From positions 6,719 to 70,718 of IMG/VR virus record IMGVR_UViG_3300009183_004297: a stretch of DNA of 64,000 nt; one strand, 5' to 3'. Made by a program: the position numbers and the translations under genes. This stretch comes from a virus. Position 1 is the first letter of the stretch, and each line of letters starts with the position of its first letter. This document shows positions 1 to 9,188 of the stretch, one piece after another. The notes below the pieces were generated by a model that saw only the letters and a program-made list of their open reading frames with translations, did not search any database and had not been told where the DNA came from.

Positions 1-494
1 GCAACTCCGTTGATGACTCCCGCGGCCCAGAACGGAATCCATATCATTTGAATGCCCCAGATCAATGGTCCCCACCAGCCAAATATCAAGGTGTTGAGCA
101 CAAGGAGAATGCCAATGCCAAGTCTGGAGTGAGCACTGTATACGTTGTGCTCCATCCAATCAGCAGGAGTACCACGACCGTATGAATCAACCATTGCTTT
201 ATCTTTTGATGCTTCATGATATAATACCGCTCCCCTTGTGAATACTTTCCCAATACCAAACACATGCGGTGAGTGTGGATCACCGTCTTTGTCTGAGTAC
301 TGATGGTGCTTGCGATGTATGGCCACCCATTGCTTGGTGACCATGCCTGTAGTGAGCCACAGCCAAAAGCGCATGAAGTGCGCTAGCACAGGATGGAATG
401 TCACTCCACGGTGCGCTTGGCTACGATGTAAGTATAGTGTGACACACACAATGGTAATGTGCGTGGTCACGAGTGTGTAGATAATTTCGTTCAT
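1..494 (-). CDS. desA: Delta-9 acyl-lipid/acyl-CoA fatty acid desaturase (partial, runs off the window edge)
   Basis: Not in the ORF track. Manual translation from ATG at 494: MNEIIYTLVTTHITIVCVTLYLHRSQAHRG...WVAIHRKHHQYSDKDGDPHSPH...WIPFWAAGVINGV. His boxes HRSQAH and HRKHH. ATGA overlap with the upstream gene. Confidence 0.9.
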   Translation of the reverse strand, partial: MNEIIYTLVTTHITIVCVTLYLHRSQAHRGVTFHPVLAHFMRFWLWLTTGMVTKQWVAIHRKHHQYSDKDGDPHSPHVFGIGKVFTRGAVLYHEASKDKAMVDSYGRGTPADWMEHNVYSAHSRLGIGILLVLNTLIFGWWGPLIWGIQMIWIPFWAAGVINGV

Positions 495-1153
495 TTTGTA
501 TTTTGATATTCCTCATGGTATTGTCTCCAAACATCAGAGTATTCGCAGTTTTTGTATTCTTCAAACCAAGGTCCGCCGTCGGTGTAATGTATGGCTTTGG
601 GAGAACCTCCAGTGTAATAACCAGCCAACCAATTGTACTCTCGTGACAGTCCGGCTATTTCGCCATCGACCAACCACTGGAACTGATGCAGATAACTTGG
701 GCTGGCTGTGTTCACAGCATGCGGTGTGATGGATCGATGACTTGGGTGAGCACAGTTCCACCACACAAGACTACTCCAGTTCTTTCTTGAATAAGCCACC
801 TGCAATTTGCCGTCCATCTTGATTGGCGCATGTGGTTGATATTCTGGATGCTTGACCACGGCCACAGCATTCAGTCGTGAGTCAAACTCTTTTAACATTT
901 CCGCTGGGTCAGATAGCCATAAAAAATCACAGTCGCAAAACAGTGCATGACCTTTGTAGTTGTTTAGATACGGAACAAGGAATCGTGTGTAGGTAAATTC
1001 TGTACTACCAGAGTCACTGCGATTGTAAATGCCATTCAGTGCTCGGCGGTTAATGGGCACAATTTCGTGTGTGGAATTATGCTTGAGTATGCTGTAACGA
1101 CATACTTCATATGCAATTGACTCACTGCTGTCGTACCCAATATAAATTTTCAT
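491..1153 (-). CDS. GT-A fold glycosyltransferase (GT8-like)
   Basis: IYIGYD, STEFTYTRFLVP, FCDCDFL (DxD), RKNWSS, IHYTDGGPWF motifs. Confidence 0.8.
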   Translation of the reverse strand: MKIYIGYDSSESIAYEVCRYSILKHNSTHEIVPINRRALNGIYNRSDSGSTEFTYTRFLVPYLNNYKGHALFCDCDFLWLSDPAEMLKEFDSRLNAVAVVKHPEYQPHAPIKMDGKLQVAYSRKNWSSLVWWNCAHPSHRSITPHAVNTASPSYLHQFQWLVDGEIAGLSREYNWLAGYYTGGSPKAIHYTDGGPWFEEYKNCEYSDVWRQYHEEYQNTK

Positions 1154-1169
1154 TTGTTTTCCTGTTTAG

Positions 1170-1196
1170 TATTTACCGTGGCAATACTGGTAAATA
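1170..1196. promoter_or_regulatory. Back-to-back TAAATA late-promoter-like motifs for divergent genes
   Basis: tattta at 1170-1175 and taaata at 1191-1196, forming the inverted repeat ATTTACC...GGTAAAT. Confidence 0.55.
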
Positions 1197-1201
1197 TTTT
1201 T

Positions 1202-1840
1202 GTGAAAGACCTAACCATTACACCAAATCAATTTGATACGTCAGGGCACTGGCACCGTGCTATTCTTAATCCTGCCATACCCTCTGCAGATGCTGTGGAT
1301 CTATTTGATCAAAACGGTTACGATCTAACTGTGTTGGAACGCTTGTATGCCAATGCCAACATGACACCCACTGCCAGCCATCGTAGTCATCGCACTGCAA
1401 TCAAACAGGCCTGGTTTGTGCAACAGCCCAAACTTGAAGGAGCGGTACTCAATCACAGTTTGTTGTTTGAACGCAAAGGTTATACCGGAGCCGCGCTGGT
1501 TCAGCTACAGAACTGGGCAGACAAGATACCACGGTTCAATCAATTGATTGCACTGAGACCCAAATGGGGACTAGACTTCTCTATGGACTATGTGGACCGT
1601 GCAGGCAATGTGTTTGAAGTCCTGCATTGGGAATATGACGGATTTGATTTAGCAGAGATACAGAGCGTCAAGCAACAGGTGGAACCGGTACTATTGGCAA
1701 TTGACTGGGATAAGGCAGCTCAACAAATCCTATCACGTAAATCAGCCTGGCACCATCTGGACTTCTTTGCTCAAAGCGCATGGAAGTGCGAATACTTTGG
1801 CATTGTCAAAGAACGTTTCAAAATGGTAGCATGGGAATAG
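1202..1840 (+). CDS. Hypothetical phage protein
   Basis: Long ORF. GTG at 1202, just after TAAATA, is a likelier start than TTG at 1154. Confidence 0.7.
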   Translation: MKDLTITPNQFDTSGHWHRAILNPAIPSADAVDLFDQNGYDLTVLERLYANANMTPTASHRSHRTAIKQAWFVQQPKLEGAVLNHSLLFERKGYTGAALVQLQNWADKIPRFNQLIALRPKWGLDFSMDYVDRAGNVFEVLHWEYDGFDLAEIQSVKQQVEPVLLAIDWDKAAQQILSRKSAWHHLDFFAQSAWKCEYFGIVKERFKMVAWE

Positions 1841-1921
1841 TGCTCACTTCAAGCATCACGGTAGCGAATCGTTTTGCCTGCCCAGCAGCCGGGCCACACG
1901 GTCCTAAGGTAGGTGTGTTCT

Positions 1922-2353
1922 TTACGCCAATGTCGATCGAAGTTGCCATGAATGCTTGCGGTGTGCATCCATGCGTTCAGCCAAGAAGTTAGCCAGTCCA
2001 TCTTCGCCTGCGGCAGTAGCCATATCAAAGCACAGCTTCAATATTTTAACCATCTTGTCGCTGTCTTGCAACAGTTCAGCAACCATGCCGCGATCATCAG
2101 GAATACTTGTTTCGTCTTCAATTTGGGTGAGCATGCTATAACGACTGTAGGCTGGCACAAAAGCACCTAGCTTACGAATGTTTTCTGCAAATGGATCAAT
2201 TGAATTATATACTTCGTCGTATATGGTTTGAAATAGGGCATGCAGTTGTGGAAACATGGGTCCGGTGACATTCCAGTGAAAACTATGTGATTTCATATAA
2301 AAACTGAATTCACTGGCAAATGCTATTTTGAGTGCTTTTTGTAACTTGTCCAT
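1922..2353 (-). CDS. dps: Dps / DNA-binding ferritin-like protein
   Basis: KSHSFHWNVTGPMFPQLHALF, D..AENIRKLG, HRKHSWQL signature. Confidence 0.9.
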   Translation of the reverse strand: MDKLQKALKIAFASEFSFYMKSHSFHWNVTGPMFPQLHALFQTIYDEVYNSIDPFAENIRKLGAFVPAYSRYSMLTQIEDETSIPDDRGMVAELLQDSDKMVKILKLCFDMATAAGEDGLANFLAERMDAHRKHSWQLRSTLA

Positions 2354-2360
2354 AGCGTAT

Positions 2361-3482
2361 TTATGTCTTTATAATCGAATCCAACTCAGACCAAAGTTCT
2401 CTAAATTTGCCAGTTGAGTATTTTGTTTCGTATTCTGCTGTCCATGCACGGAACTCTGAGTCACGTTCGCGTTCTGGAGCAATGGCCAGTTGTTTTTCTA
2501 GATGCTTCAAGAACTCATCACCGTGTATATAGCCCACCATTACAGGATTGTCTAGTACTTGTTGTATTTTTTCACGTGCCAGTTCACGTACTGGTTCACT
2601 GAAGTTGCTGACATTGAGTTGTGCAGGAAATTGTAGTTTTTGCCAGTGTATGTTTACTCTTGCGGCTCGTGCAAAGTTATAGTAGTCCACTAGGTTGGTC
2701 ACAGTGTAGATGTTGAACACAGGAAATATTGTTACCAAGTGTCCCGGAATACGGCGCAAAGTAACTATGTTGGCTTTGATTTGCTCCCAGTTGGCACCAT
2801 TGCGTACATATTCAAATTGCGGGCCTACATTGTCCATGCTCACATGCCAGCGCACATTGGTTCGTTGTTTTAGTACATCAAACACAGGAGACTGAGCCAG
2901 TGGCACACTGAGGTTGGTGATAAGATCAACAGTGACCGACTGATCCAGTTCTTCTAGCAGTCGTATGTTTTGTTTGTGCAACAGCGGTTCTCCCCCAGCT
3001 AGCATGGCACTTTTCATTGTGGCGGTGTTTTGTTGTATGTAATTCAACACCGTGGTGTAGTAGTCAAAGTACATGGGCTTGATAGGAATGTTCTTGGCCT
3101 GCTGCCAGGTTGTGCTCCAGCGTTCGTCACAGTACACGCATTTGAGATTGCACAAGGTATTCCAACGTATGTCCACTGTTTGTAATTCAAACGTGGTAGG
3201 ATCTGACAGCTGGTCTTGTTCTAAGGTGAATTGATCGTAGTACTGACGTTGACTTGATCCTGAGGTGTTTTCTGCGTCTCGGCAGTAGGTGCAGTATGCA
3301 GGTATTTGGCCTGCCAGCATCTCTTGCCGGATTTCAATCACTCGAGGATCTCGGAGTATTTGGTCCAGTGGAGTTGTGTTTAGGTCGCCCCATTCCCATG
3401 TGCCTGCACAGCAACTTTTGACTTTGCCGTCAGTGTGAATGAATAATCCGGTCCAGGGGCTGGTACAGTATACGCTAGGCAT
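2361..3482 (-). CDS. Radical SAM protein with N-terminal twitch/SPASM-like Cys cluster
   Basis: CNLKCVYC (CxxxCxxC), AGGEPLL; N-terminal CTSPW..SCC..CTYC. Confidence 0.85.
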   Translation of the reverse strand: MPSVYCTSPWTGLFIHTDGKVKSCCAGTWEWGDLNTTPLDQILRDPRVIEIRQEMLAGQIPAYCTYCRDAENTSGSSQRQYYDQFTLEQDQLSDPTTFELQTVDIRWNTLCNLKCVYCDERWSTTWQQAKNIPIKPMYFDYYTTVLNYIQQNTATMKSAMLAGGEPLLHKQNIRLLEELDQSVTVDLITNLSVPLAQSPVFDVLKQRTNVRWHVSMDNVGPQFEYVRNGANWEQIKANIVTLRRIPGHLVTIFPVFNIYTVTNLVDYYNFARAARVNIHWQKLQFPAQLNVSNFSEPVRELAREKIQQVLDNPVMVGYIHGDEFLKHLEKQLAIAPERERDSEFRAWTAEYETKYSTGKFRELWSELDSIIKT

Positions 3483-3807
3483 CGCTTGGTTGTGGCACTA
3501 CTTGATTTTTTATTTCTCGAAGGTCTTGCCGCGCATGTTTCAGCTCGTTTACTATTTCTTCTGTGTGTTGATGTAGCAACCAGTTGCTTTGTGCCAGTGA
3601 ACCAATGCTACGCACGGCCCAGAACCACCATACTGTCATGGTAATGGCAACAGCAGTGATTGCAGTGTACAAGATGCTTTGATAAAAACTACCATTTATT
3701 AGATATAAAATTAGTATCAGAATGATAGACGCAGTGGGCATGATACGTCCGTACATGTCCCACCATGTGCATTGTGTTTCTATCTGTTTGTATAGTTTAG
3801 AGCTCAT
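3475..3807 (-). CDS. Small two-TM membrane protein
   Basis: Two hydrophobic stretches followed by a coiled-coil tail; overlaps both neighbours. Confidence 0.65.
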   Translation of the reverse strand: MSSKLYKQIETQCTWWDMYGRIMPTASIILILILYLINGSFYQSILYTAITAVAITMTVWWFWAVRSIGSLAQSNWLLHQHTEEIVNELKHARQDLREIKNQVVPQPSDA

Positions 3808-5842
3808 ATCCGTTCATGCGTAATTCAATTAATCTAATTTCAATTTCTTCATTGAGATCTCGTTCTTTTTTGCGACGAGCAAAGTAATCATTCTGTGGAT
3901 TCTTTGGCGGCGGTTTAACAGGCTTGCCTGCATCCACATCACGTTCACGTTGACGGCGCTTTTGATAATCAGTCTCGCCTTCCGCCATGCCTTGCTCTTT
4001 ACCTAGGTCTTTCTGACGCAGACTTTTCTTCATAGTATCAATCTTTTTACCTGCACCCACTTGGTCCAAGTTGGCATCTTTAGCGGCCTGGTTGTACTTG
4101 CGTTTGGCTTGCTTTAGTTCCGAGCCTTCCGCCACACCTTCATCCACCAGCGTGGGTCCGGCTGGTCCTCGGTAAGGAGTGATACTGATAATATTTAGAT
4201 CATACTCATTGGCTGTTTCCCAGGCAGTTTCAGCGTTGGGTGCTTCGATAATGTCTTTGCCACCTTCGCCATGCGAGCCATCATGGACCACAAGCCACTT
4301 ACGCATGCTTAATGGTTTTGCTTTAGCGACAATAGGACGACCTTGACGATCCAGTGGCACACCACCTGGACCTTTGACCATACGACCTTCGTCCGTCTCT
4401 GACTTGTCCAAACGAGAACCAGTGTATCCCATTTTACGCACCCGGTCAAGCACATGTTTGGCATCAGTGTCTTTTAATCCATGTGCCTTTAACACAGCAC
4501 TGACATGATGCTTTTCTGCACCCGGTGGAATGGAATTGTGAAATAGGTTACCAAATATTTCTTTGGCTGCGGTATCATGTGCTTCATTAATGCCGTCTTT
4601 CATGGCATGAAGATATTTCAACACACTGCCCCATGCAGGATCAGTAGCGCCTGCAGCCATGAACCGGGCATGTTTGTATGCAGCGTCCCAGCCTTTTTCA
4701 GCCACAAGTTTTTCACAGTAGCGTGAAAGCTCATCGGCTTTCATGCCTTCTGCCACGCCTTGTTGCATATCACGCTTGACTGCACGAGCAACATCCTGTG
4801 CCAGGGCACTTGGGTTACTGTCTCCACCGTAGTTCAATACATCAATGATAGCGGCGTGAACTGTGCGTTCGTCTGCCCGGCGTGCCAGATTGGGATATAT
4901 TCTTTCAAACTCTGCATATACTTCATCAGCAAGTTCTTCGCTATCAGCACCTTCCGCCACACCTCGACCTCGACGCTTTAGATGCTTTACATAATTATGA
5001 CCTCGGCCATCCAATTTAATGATTTCTTGAATGTATTCCGCCGCATGTGTAATAAAGTCACTAGTATTGTATACATTATCCATACCAGTTTTGATATAGA
5101 TTGTGTCCTTGAGATGCCATTCTGCCGAGGTAACTTCTCCAGGATAAATTATCACAGTGCCAGTTTGTTTTTTACCGTTAATAACAGCAGTAAATGGCGC
5201 CTCAAACATCTCCGGGAAGTCATCCTCCTCGTCATCATAGTCGTCATCATCGTCATCATTTGTTGCAAATTCATTCAACGAGCCTTCTGCTACACCTTCA
5301 TCAATGACATTGTTCATTGCTTGATGAGTCAATCGGTCCTGCTGTTGATCTCTTTGTTTGATAGCTTTGAAACGATTTTCTTTATCTTGTGTGGCCAAGT
5401 TGGCTTCGTTGGTTGCTGGTGCACCTGTCACACCCCAACTCCATTTTTTACCAGTTTCAGCAGTCTTGCGTTTGCACATGGCATCAACCATTTGCTTTTG
5501 TTTGAAGAACTCTGGACTAGAATCTAATCCTTTGCCTGCAAACACTTTCCATGGACGACCGTTGATTGAAATTTCAATGTTGTTAACAGCATCTGGCTCG
5601 TCAAACTCTCTACGACCTTTGAGGCTAGGTGCAGTGGGACTGGCAAAGCCATGATTGTAGCCACGGTTGCCTTCTGCTAGATCAGCGGCCAAATCTTTTT
5701 TGTGCTTGGCATCGCCTTGCTTGTCAGCTTTCTTTTTATCTTTGTGCGCACCGGCACCACCCATCTTGGCATTCTTGGCCACAAAGTTGCGTGGCTTCTC
5801 TGGCTCGGGCTTTTTCTTTTCAAACAGATCGTTAACAAACAT
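3797..5842 (-). CDS. Modular putative internal head protein (polyprotein-like) with repeated G[VM]AEG motifs
   Basis: 681 aa; N-terminus MFVNDLFE; five G[VM]AEG motifs separate unrelated modules. Confidence 0.75.
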   Translation of the reverse strand: MFVNDLFEKKKPEPEKPRNFVAKNAKMGGAGAHKDKKKADKQGDAKHKKDLAADLAEGNRGYNHGFASPTAPSLKGRREFDEPDAVNNIEISINGRPWKVFAGKGLDSSPEFFKQKQMVDAMCKRKTAETGKKWSWGVTGAPATNEANLATQDKENRFKAIKQRDQQQDRLTHQAMNNVIDEGVAEGSLNEFATNDDDDDDYDDEEDDFPEMFEAPFTAVINGKKQTGTVIIYPGEVTSAEWHLKDTIYIKTGMDNVYNTSDFITHAAEYIQEIIKLDGRGHNYVKHLKRRGRGVAEGADSEELADEVYAEFERIYPNLARRADERTVHAAIIDVLNYGGDSNPSALAQDVARAVKRDMQQGVAEGMKADELSRYCEKLVAEKGWDAAYKHARFMAAGATDPAWGSVLKYLHAMKDGINEAHDTAAKEIFGNLFHNSIPPGAEKHHVSAVLKAHGLKDTDAKHVLDRVRKMGYTGSRLDKSETDEGRMVKGPGGVPLDRQGRPIVAKAKPLSMRKWLVVHDGSHGEGGKDIIEAPNAETAWETANEYDLNIISITPYRGPAGPTLVDEGVAEGSELKQAKRKYNQAAKDANLDQVGAGKKIDTMKKSLRQKDLGKEQGMAEGETDYQKRRQRERDVDAGKPVKPPPKNPQNDYFARRKKERDLNEEIEIRLIELRMNGYEL
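3977..5299 (-). repeat. Dispersed 18-nt repeat encoding [QER]G[VM]AEG
   Basis: Copies at 3977-3994, 4124-4141, 4745-4762, 4949-4966 and 5282-5299; minus-strand core GGY RTR GCR GAA GGY. Confidence 0.8.
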
Positions 5843-5851
5843 TTCTAATCC

Positions 5852-6466
5852 TTACTTGGGTATGCTACCAGCTTTTTTAATCAATGCTTGTAGCTGTGCA
5901 TTCATTGGATGAGCAGGGTTATTGAGTAATGCCGTTAGTGCTTCAGTGTCTTTCTTGACCTGCATGGGATTCACAGGAGGTGTTGCTGTTCCGGCAGCGC
6001 CTGTTGGCGCAGTACCTGCAGGTGCTGGTTGTCCCGGCTTGGGTGGCTGACCTGGAACCGCAGGAGCGGCTGGTTGTCCTGGTTTGGGTGGTGGTACAGG
6101 TTGTCCTGGCACAGCAGGAGCAGTACCTGCAGGAGCGGCTGTTCCGCCTGGTCCTGGTGCGCCACCTGGAGGAGTTTGTGCAGGAGTTGGGCTGGTGGCA
6201 ACAACATTAGCCGCCACAGCAGGAGCTTCTTTTACAAAGTACTGATACTCTTGCATGAGTGATTCTCTGAGTTCATCATCGCACACGCATTTTTTTACAG
6301 GGCGATCGCAAGCATCGCAATACTCTTCGGTTTCACCCACCAAGCGATGTTTGAATGGATTTTCGTGTGTGGCTTGATCAGTGCCGCGAACTTGGTCGCC
6401 GGGCTTTTGTGTGGGTTCGCCTGAGAACTTGGTCATGCTCTCAAGTAGTTTTTTCATGTCGCTCAT
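5852..6466 (-). CDS. Pro/Ala-rich putative head protein
   Basis: MSDMKKLLES N-terminus, QKPGDQVRG, CDAC..CVC, PGQP repeats. Confidence 0.7.
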   Translation of the reverse strand: MSDMKKLLESMTKFSGEPTQKPGDQVRGTDQATHENPFKHRLVGETEEYCDACDRPVKKCVCDDELRESLMQEYQYFVKEAPAVAANVVATSPTPAQTPPGGAPGPGGTAAPAGTAPAVPGQPVPPPKPGQPAAPAVPGQPPKPGQPAPAGTAPTGAAGTATPPVNPMQVKKDTEALTALLNNPAHPMNAQLQALIKKAGSIPK

Positions 6467-6642
6467 TTTTTCTTACCTTTTTTACGGAATGGGTTATCTC
6501 GTTGTTGGTATGTGCCACCAAACAAACTGCCTGCTTCGCTGGATTTAGCACCTGGCATTGTGGCTACGGCAGCAGATCCTGTTGCACCACCAGTGGCATT
6601 TTCAGCCAACTTGGCGTCTTTTACAAATTCACTGCTTCGCAT
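6463..6642 (-). CDS. Small putative head protein (59 aa, missed by the track)
   Basis: MRSSEFVKDAKLAENATGGATGSAAVATMPG...PFRKKGKKK; ATGA overlap with the next gene; TAAATA upstream. Confidence 0.65.
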   Translation of the reverse strand: MRSSEFVKDAKLAENATGGATGSAAVATMPGAKSSEAGSLFGGTYQQRDNPFRKKGKKK

Positions 6643-6668
6643 ATAATTCCTTAATATGTTGTTATTTA

Positions 6669-6938
6669 TTACACTTCAATTATCAGTCCGGACAACATAC
6701 GGTCATTGACTGTGACATTGTCCACAGTAAACGAACCTGACAACGACTGTAGATCCACAACATAGGTGCCGGGATTGAGATTCAAGATCATTTGTTCTTG
6801 GATGTATTTTTCTTCGTGTTCCCAAATGAAATCTCTTTCGGCTACCAATTCATTTGCTACCATCAAACGATATGCGGCTTTGTTACCCAGCTTTTTTGTG
6901 CAATGCACATCCAGTGTAACTCGAAATTTTTGTGTCAT
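6669..6938 (-). CDS. Hypothetical small beta-rich protein
   Basis: 89 aa ORF with ATGA coupling. Confidence 0.65.
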   Translation of the reverse strand: MTQKFRVTLDVHCTKKLGNKAAYRLMVANELVAERDFIWEHEEKYIQEQMILNLNPGTYVVDLQSLSGSFTVDNVTVNDRMLSGLIIEV

Positions 6939-8677
6939 TTTCTGTCCTTGGCAAGTCGTTGTAGCATGACAATCTGTTCACCCAGCTGTTTGAATGCACG
7001 ACTACGTGTGCCTCCTTGCCGGCGAATCTTTTCTAGTTCGTTGTGCGCAAGTTCAATTTCCTGTGCAATTGGATCTAGATTCAATGCTTTCATTTTTTTA
7101 TAAATGTTGTCCCACATGGCAGCTGAGTCCATGTGTTGACCTGCTTGGTCTAATTCTGTACTGAGTTGCCGAACCCTGCGTATGAGCGACTGTTTCCATG
7201 CACGTAGAGTCATGCGGCCCATGCCCACGTCTGGAGCAAATTCACTGTTGAATGGATCTGCTTGATCGTATTGATACATGCTTTCGTCTACCTCCCAATC
7301 ACGAGCATCAGGATTGCGGTCGTAGTGATATGACTGTTCTTCATCGCTATCCGCATAGTCATTGTGTTCAACGTCACTACTGTGGAAACTATGCTTGCCG
7401 TGGTTGTATAAATTAACAATAACAAAACGTTTGTCACGACCAAAGTCATCAATCACTCCGGTGGTTCCTTTGAATTCCACATCACCGGTGATGATCACAT
7501 TGTCGCCTACGTTTAGTTGTTCTGCATTTTCTGCAAGTTTGAAAGCTCTAAGACTTTTGTTAACTTGACCTGGGCGCACATCCCGAGTAAGACTCATTGA
7601 ATAGCGTGGATCTTTGGCTTGTTTTTTACTGGCAACAACGCCAACACCTGCGGCCTCTTCGGTGATAGCAACAACTCGAAACACTCCAGGTTTGACTTCA
7701 TCTACATCATAGCGCACACGGTTAGGATCCACTTGCTGTCCTGATCTGCGTTGTAATTGTTTTAGTGCGGCATCTTTGGTACTGGACAAGTCCTTGCCCA
7801 TTTCCATTGCTCTCAGCGGCTGCGGTGCTGTTTTGCCCATGCCCAGCACATGACTGTGGTTGCGATCACCACGTGCAATGTTGGTAATCTCATTGCCAAT
7901 TTCGTTACGCACATCATGTGCAGTAATCTGTCTGGCATTGTTGATGGCTCGTCCTGCTGTGAACACAGTGCCTAGGTTTACGTCAGCTTGTGCAGGTGCG
8001 CCACCCATTGCGGCAGCGCCTGCCAGCGCGGCTCCTGCCAAGCGACTTTTCCATCCTTCGGTAATCTTGTTGGCCATGATGTCGTACACTTGATCATCAT
8101 ATGCACCAAACAGTTCCTTGACCAGGGCTTTCTTTTGTGCTTCGTCTGACTGTGCAAACAGCGCACGAATAGCAGTGGCACTTTCCACATCCTGTCCTTG
8201 TATCTTAAACGGAAAGGTAGGCACAACATAGATATAGGCATGTTGTGCCAGTGGAGCCGCTTGACTCAAGTCCTTTGGAGCAGGTTGAAAGTAACTGGGG
8301 CTACCGTCTTTCTTGGTCCACTTGGCAAAGCGTGGATCCTCTGCCATGTCCTTTTGACTCACTGCAAATACCAACACAGTGTTTTCTTTGTCCAGGCTGT
8401 CTACAATTTCGTTGGCACGGTAAGGTTCTGCTGTTTGTACTACTCTGCTGGTATCAATACCTGTCAGGGCCATCATACGCTGTTTTTCAGAGAAGTTAAA
8501 TGGGCTTTTAGGAGGATTTACTTTGTCGCTGGTAGCGATATATGTGTTTTCTGCACCAAATGCTTTGCTCAAGTATTCAAACACCGCACGATGTCCGCGG
8601 TGGAAAGGTTGAAAACGTCCCGGGTAGATTGCTACTACTCTGCGTTGTGTTGCTTCAAATATGTCTATAACGTGCAT
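6935..8677 (-). CDS. HxGH nucleotidyl(cytidylyl)transferase domain fused to several C-terminal modules
   Basis: YPGRFQPFHRGH motif and SATAIR; later modules begin after ITE, AITEE, LAE and VDE. Confidence 0.8.
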   Translation of the reverse strand: MHVIDIFEATQRRVVAIYPGRFQPFHRGHRAVFEYLSKAFGAENTYIATSDKVNPPKSPFNFSEKQRMMALTGIDTSRVVQTAEPYRANEIVDSLDKENTVLVFAVSQKDMAEDPRFAKWTKKDGSPSYFQPAPKDLSQAAPLAQHAYIYVVPTFPFKIQGQDVESATAIRALFAQSDEAQKKALVKELFGAYDDQVYDIMANKITEGWKSRLAGAALAGAAAMGGAPAQADVNLGTVFTAGRAINNARQITAHDVRNEIGNEITNIARGDRNHSHVLGMGKTAPQPLRAMEMGKDLSSTKDAALKQLQRRSGQQVDPNRVRYDVDEVKPGVFRVVAITEEAAGVGVVASKKQAKDPRYSMSLTRDVRPGQVNKSLRAFKLAENAEQLNVGDNVIITGDVEFKGTTGVIDDFGRDKRFVIVNLYNHGKHSFHSSDVEHNDYADSDEEQSYHYDRNPDARDWEVDESMYQYDQADPFNSEFAPDVGMGRMTLRAWKQSLIRRVRQLSTELDQAGQHMDSAAMWDNIYKKMKALNLDPIAQEIELAHNELEKIRRQGGTRSRAFKQLGEQIVMLQRLAKDRK

Positions 8678-8721
8678 GATAAGCCCTGTATATGATATTT
8701 ACCATATCGCAGGGCTTTGGG

Positions 8722-9186
8722 TTACATGTTCTCAAGCAGCCAAACGTAGTAAGGTGTAGAGAATTTGAATTGATATTCGCCGTTAAAGCCTAGATTAACG
8801 CAACGAGCTAGCTCTGTTACTGTTTGCCCGTTGTAGTCAGCAGGAGCATCAAGTACAAAAACAGAATTATCCCACTTGCATTTACCAAGCTCAACTTCGT
8901 CGATTTCAATGCTGACAATGTTCAGAACCAGGTCTTTGACTATGGCACTCTTGTCTTGGTTTTGCACAGTGTCGGACATCTCTTTGTTGAGCAAACGCAC
9001 ACCCAACACATGTTCATGTTCTTCAAGTTCGCATGTGAACACGTGATATTCTACTGTATCACTGGCGGCACTGATAGTGCCCTTCTTTAGTTCTTGTCCG
9101 TCAAGCGAAATAGAAAAATCAGGGCACTTACTCCAGTAGGTGCCACTGATTCCAAGTTTAATTTCTAACTTTTCTGTCTCAGTCAT
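8722..9186 (-). CDS. Hypothetical phage protein
   Basis: 154 aa ORF in the operon. Confidence 0.7.
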   Translation of the reverse strand: MTETEKLEIKLGISGTYWSKCPDFSISLDGQELKKGTISAASDTVEYHVFTCELEEHEHVLGVRLLNKEMSDTVQNQDKSAIVKDLVLNIVSIEIDEVELGKCKWDNSVFVLDAPADYNGQTVTELARCVNLGFNGEYQFKFSTPYYVWLLENM

Positions 9187-9188
9187 TG

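Noticed and set aside
86-283. 65-aa ORF in the track
   Set aside because: It is an alternative frame within the desaturase gene.
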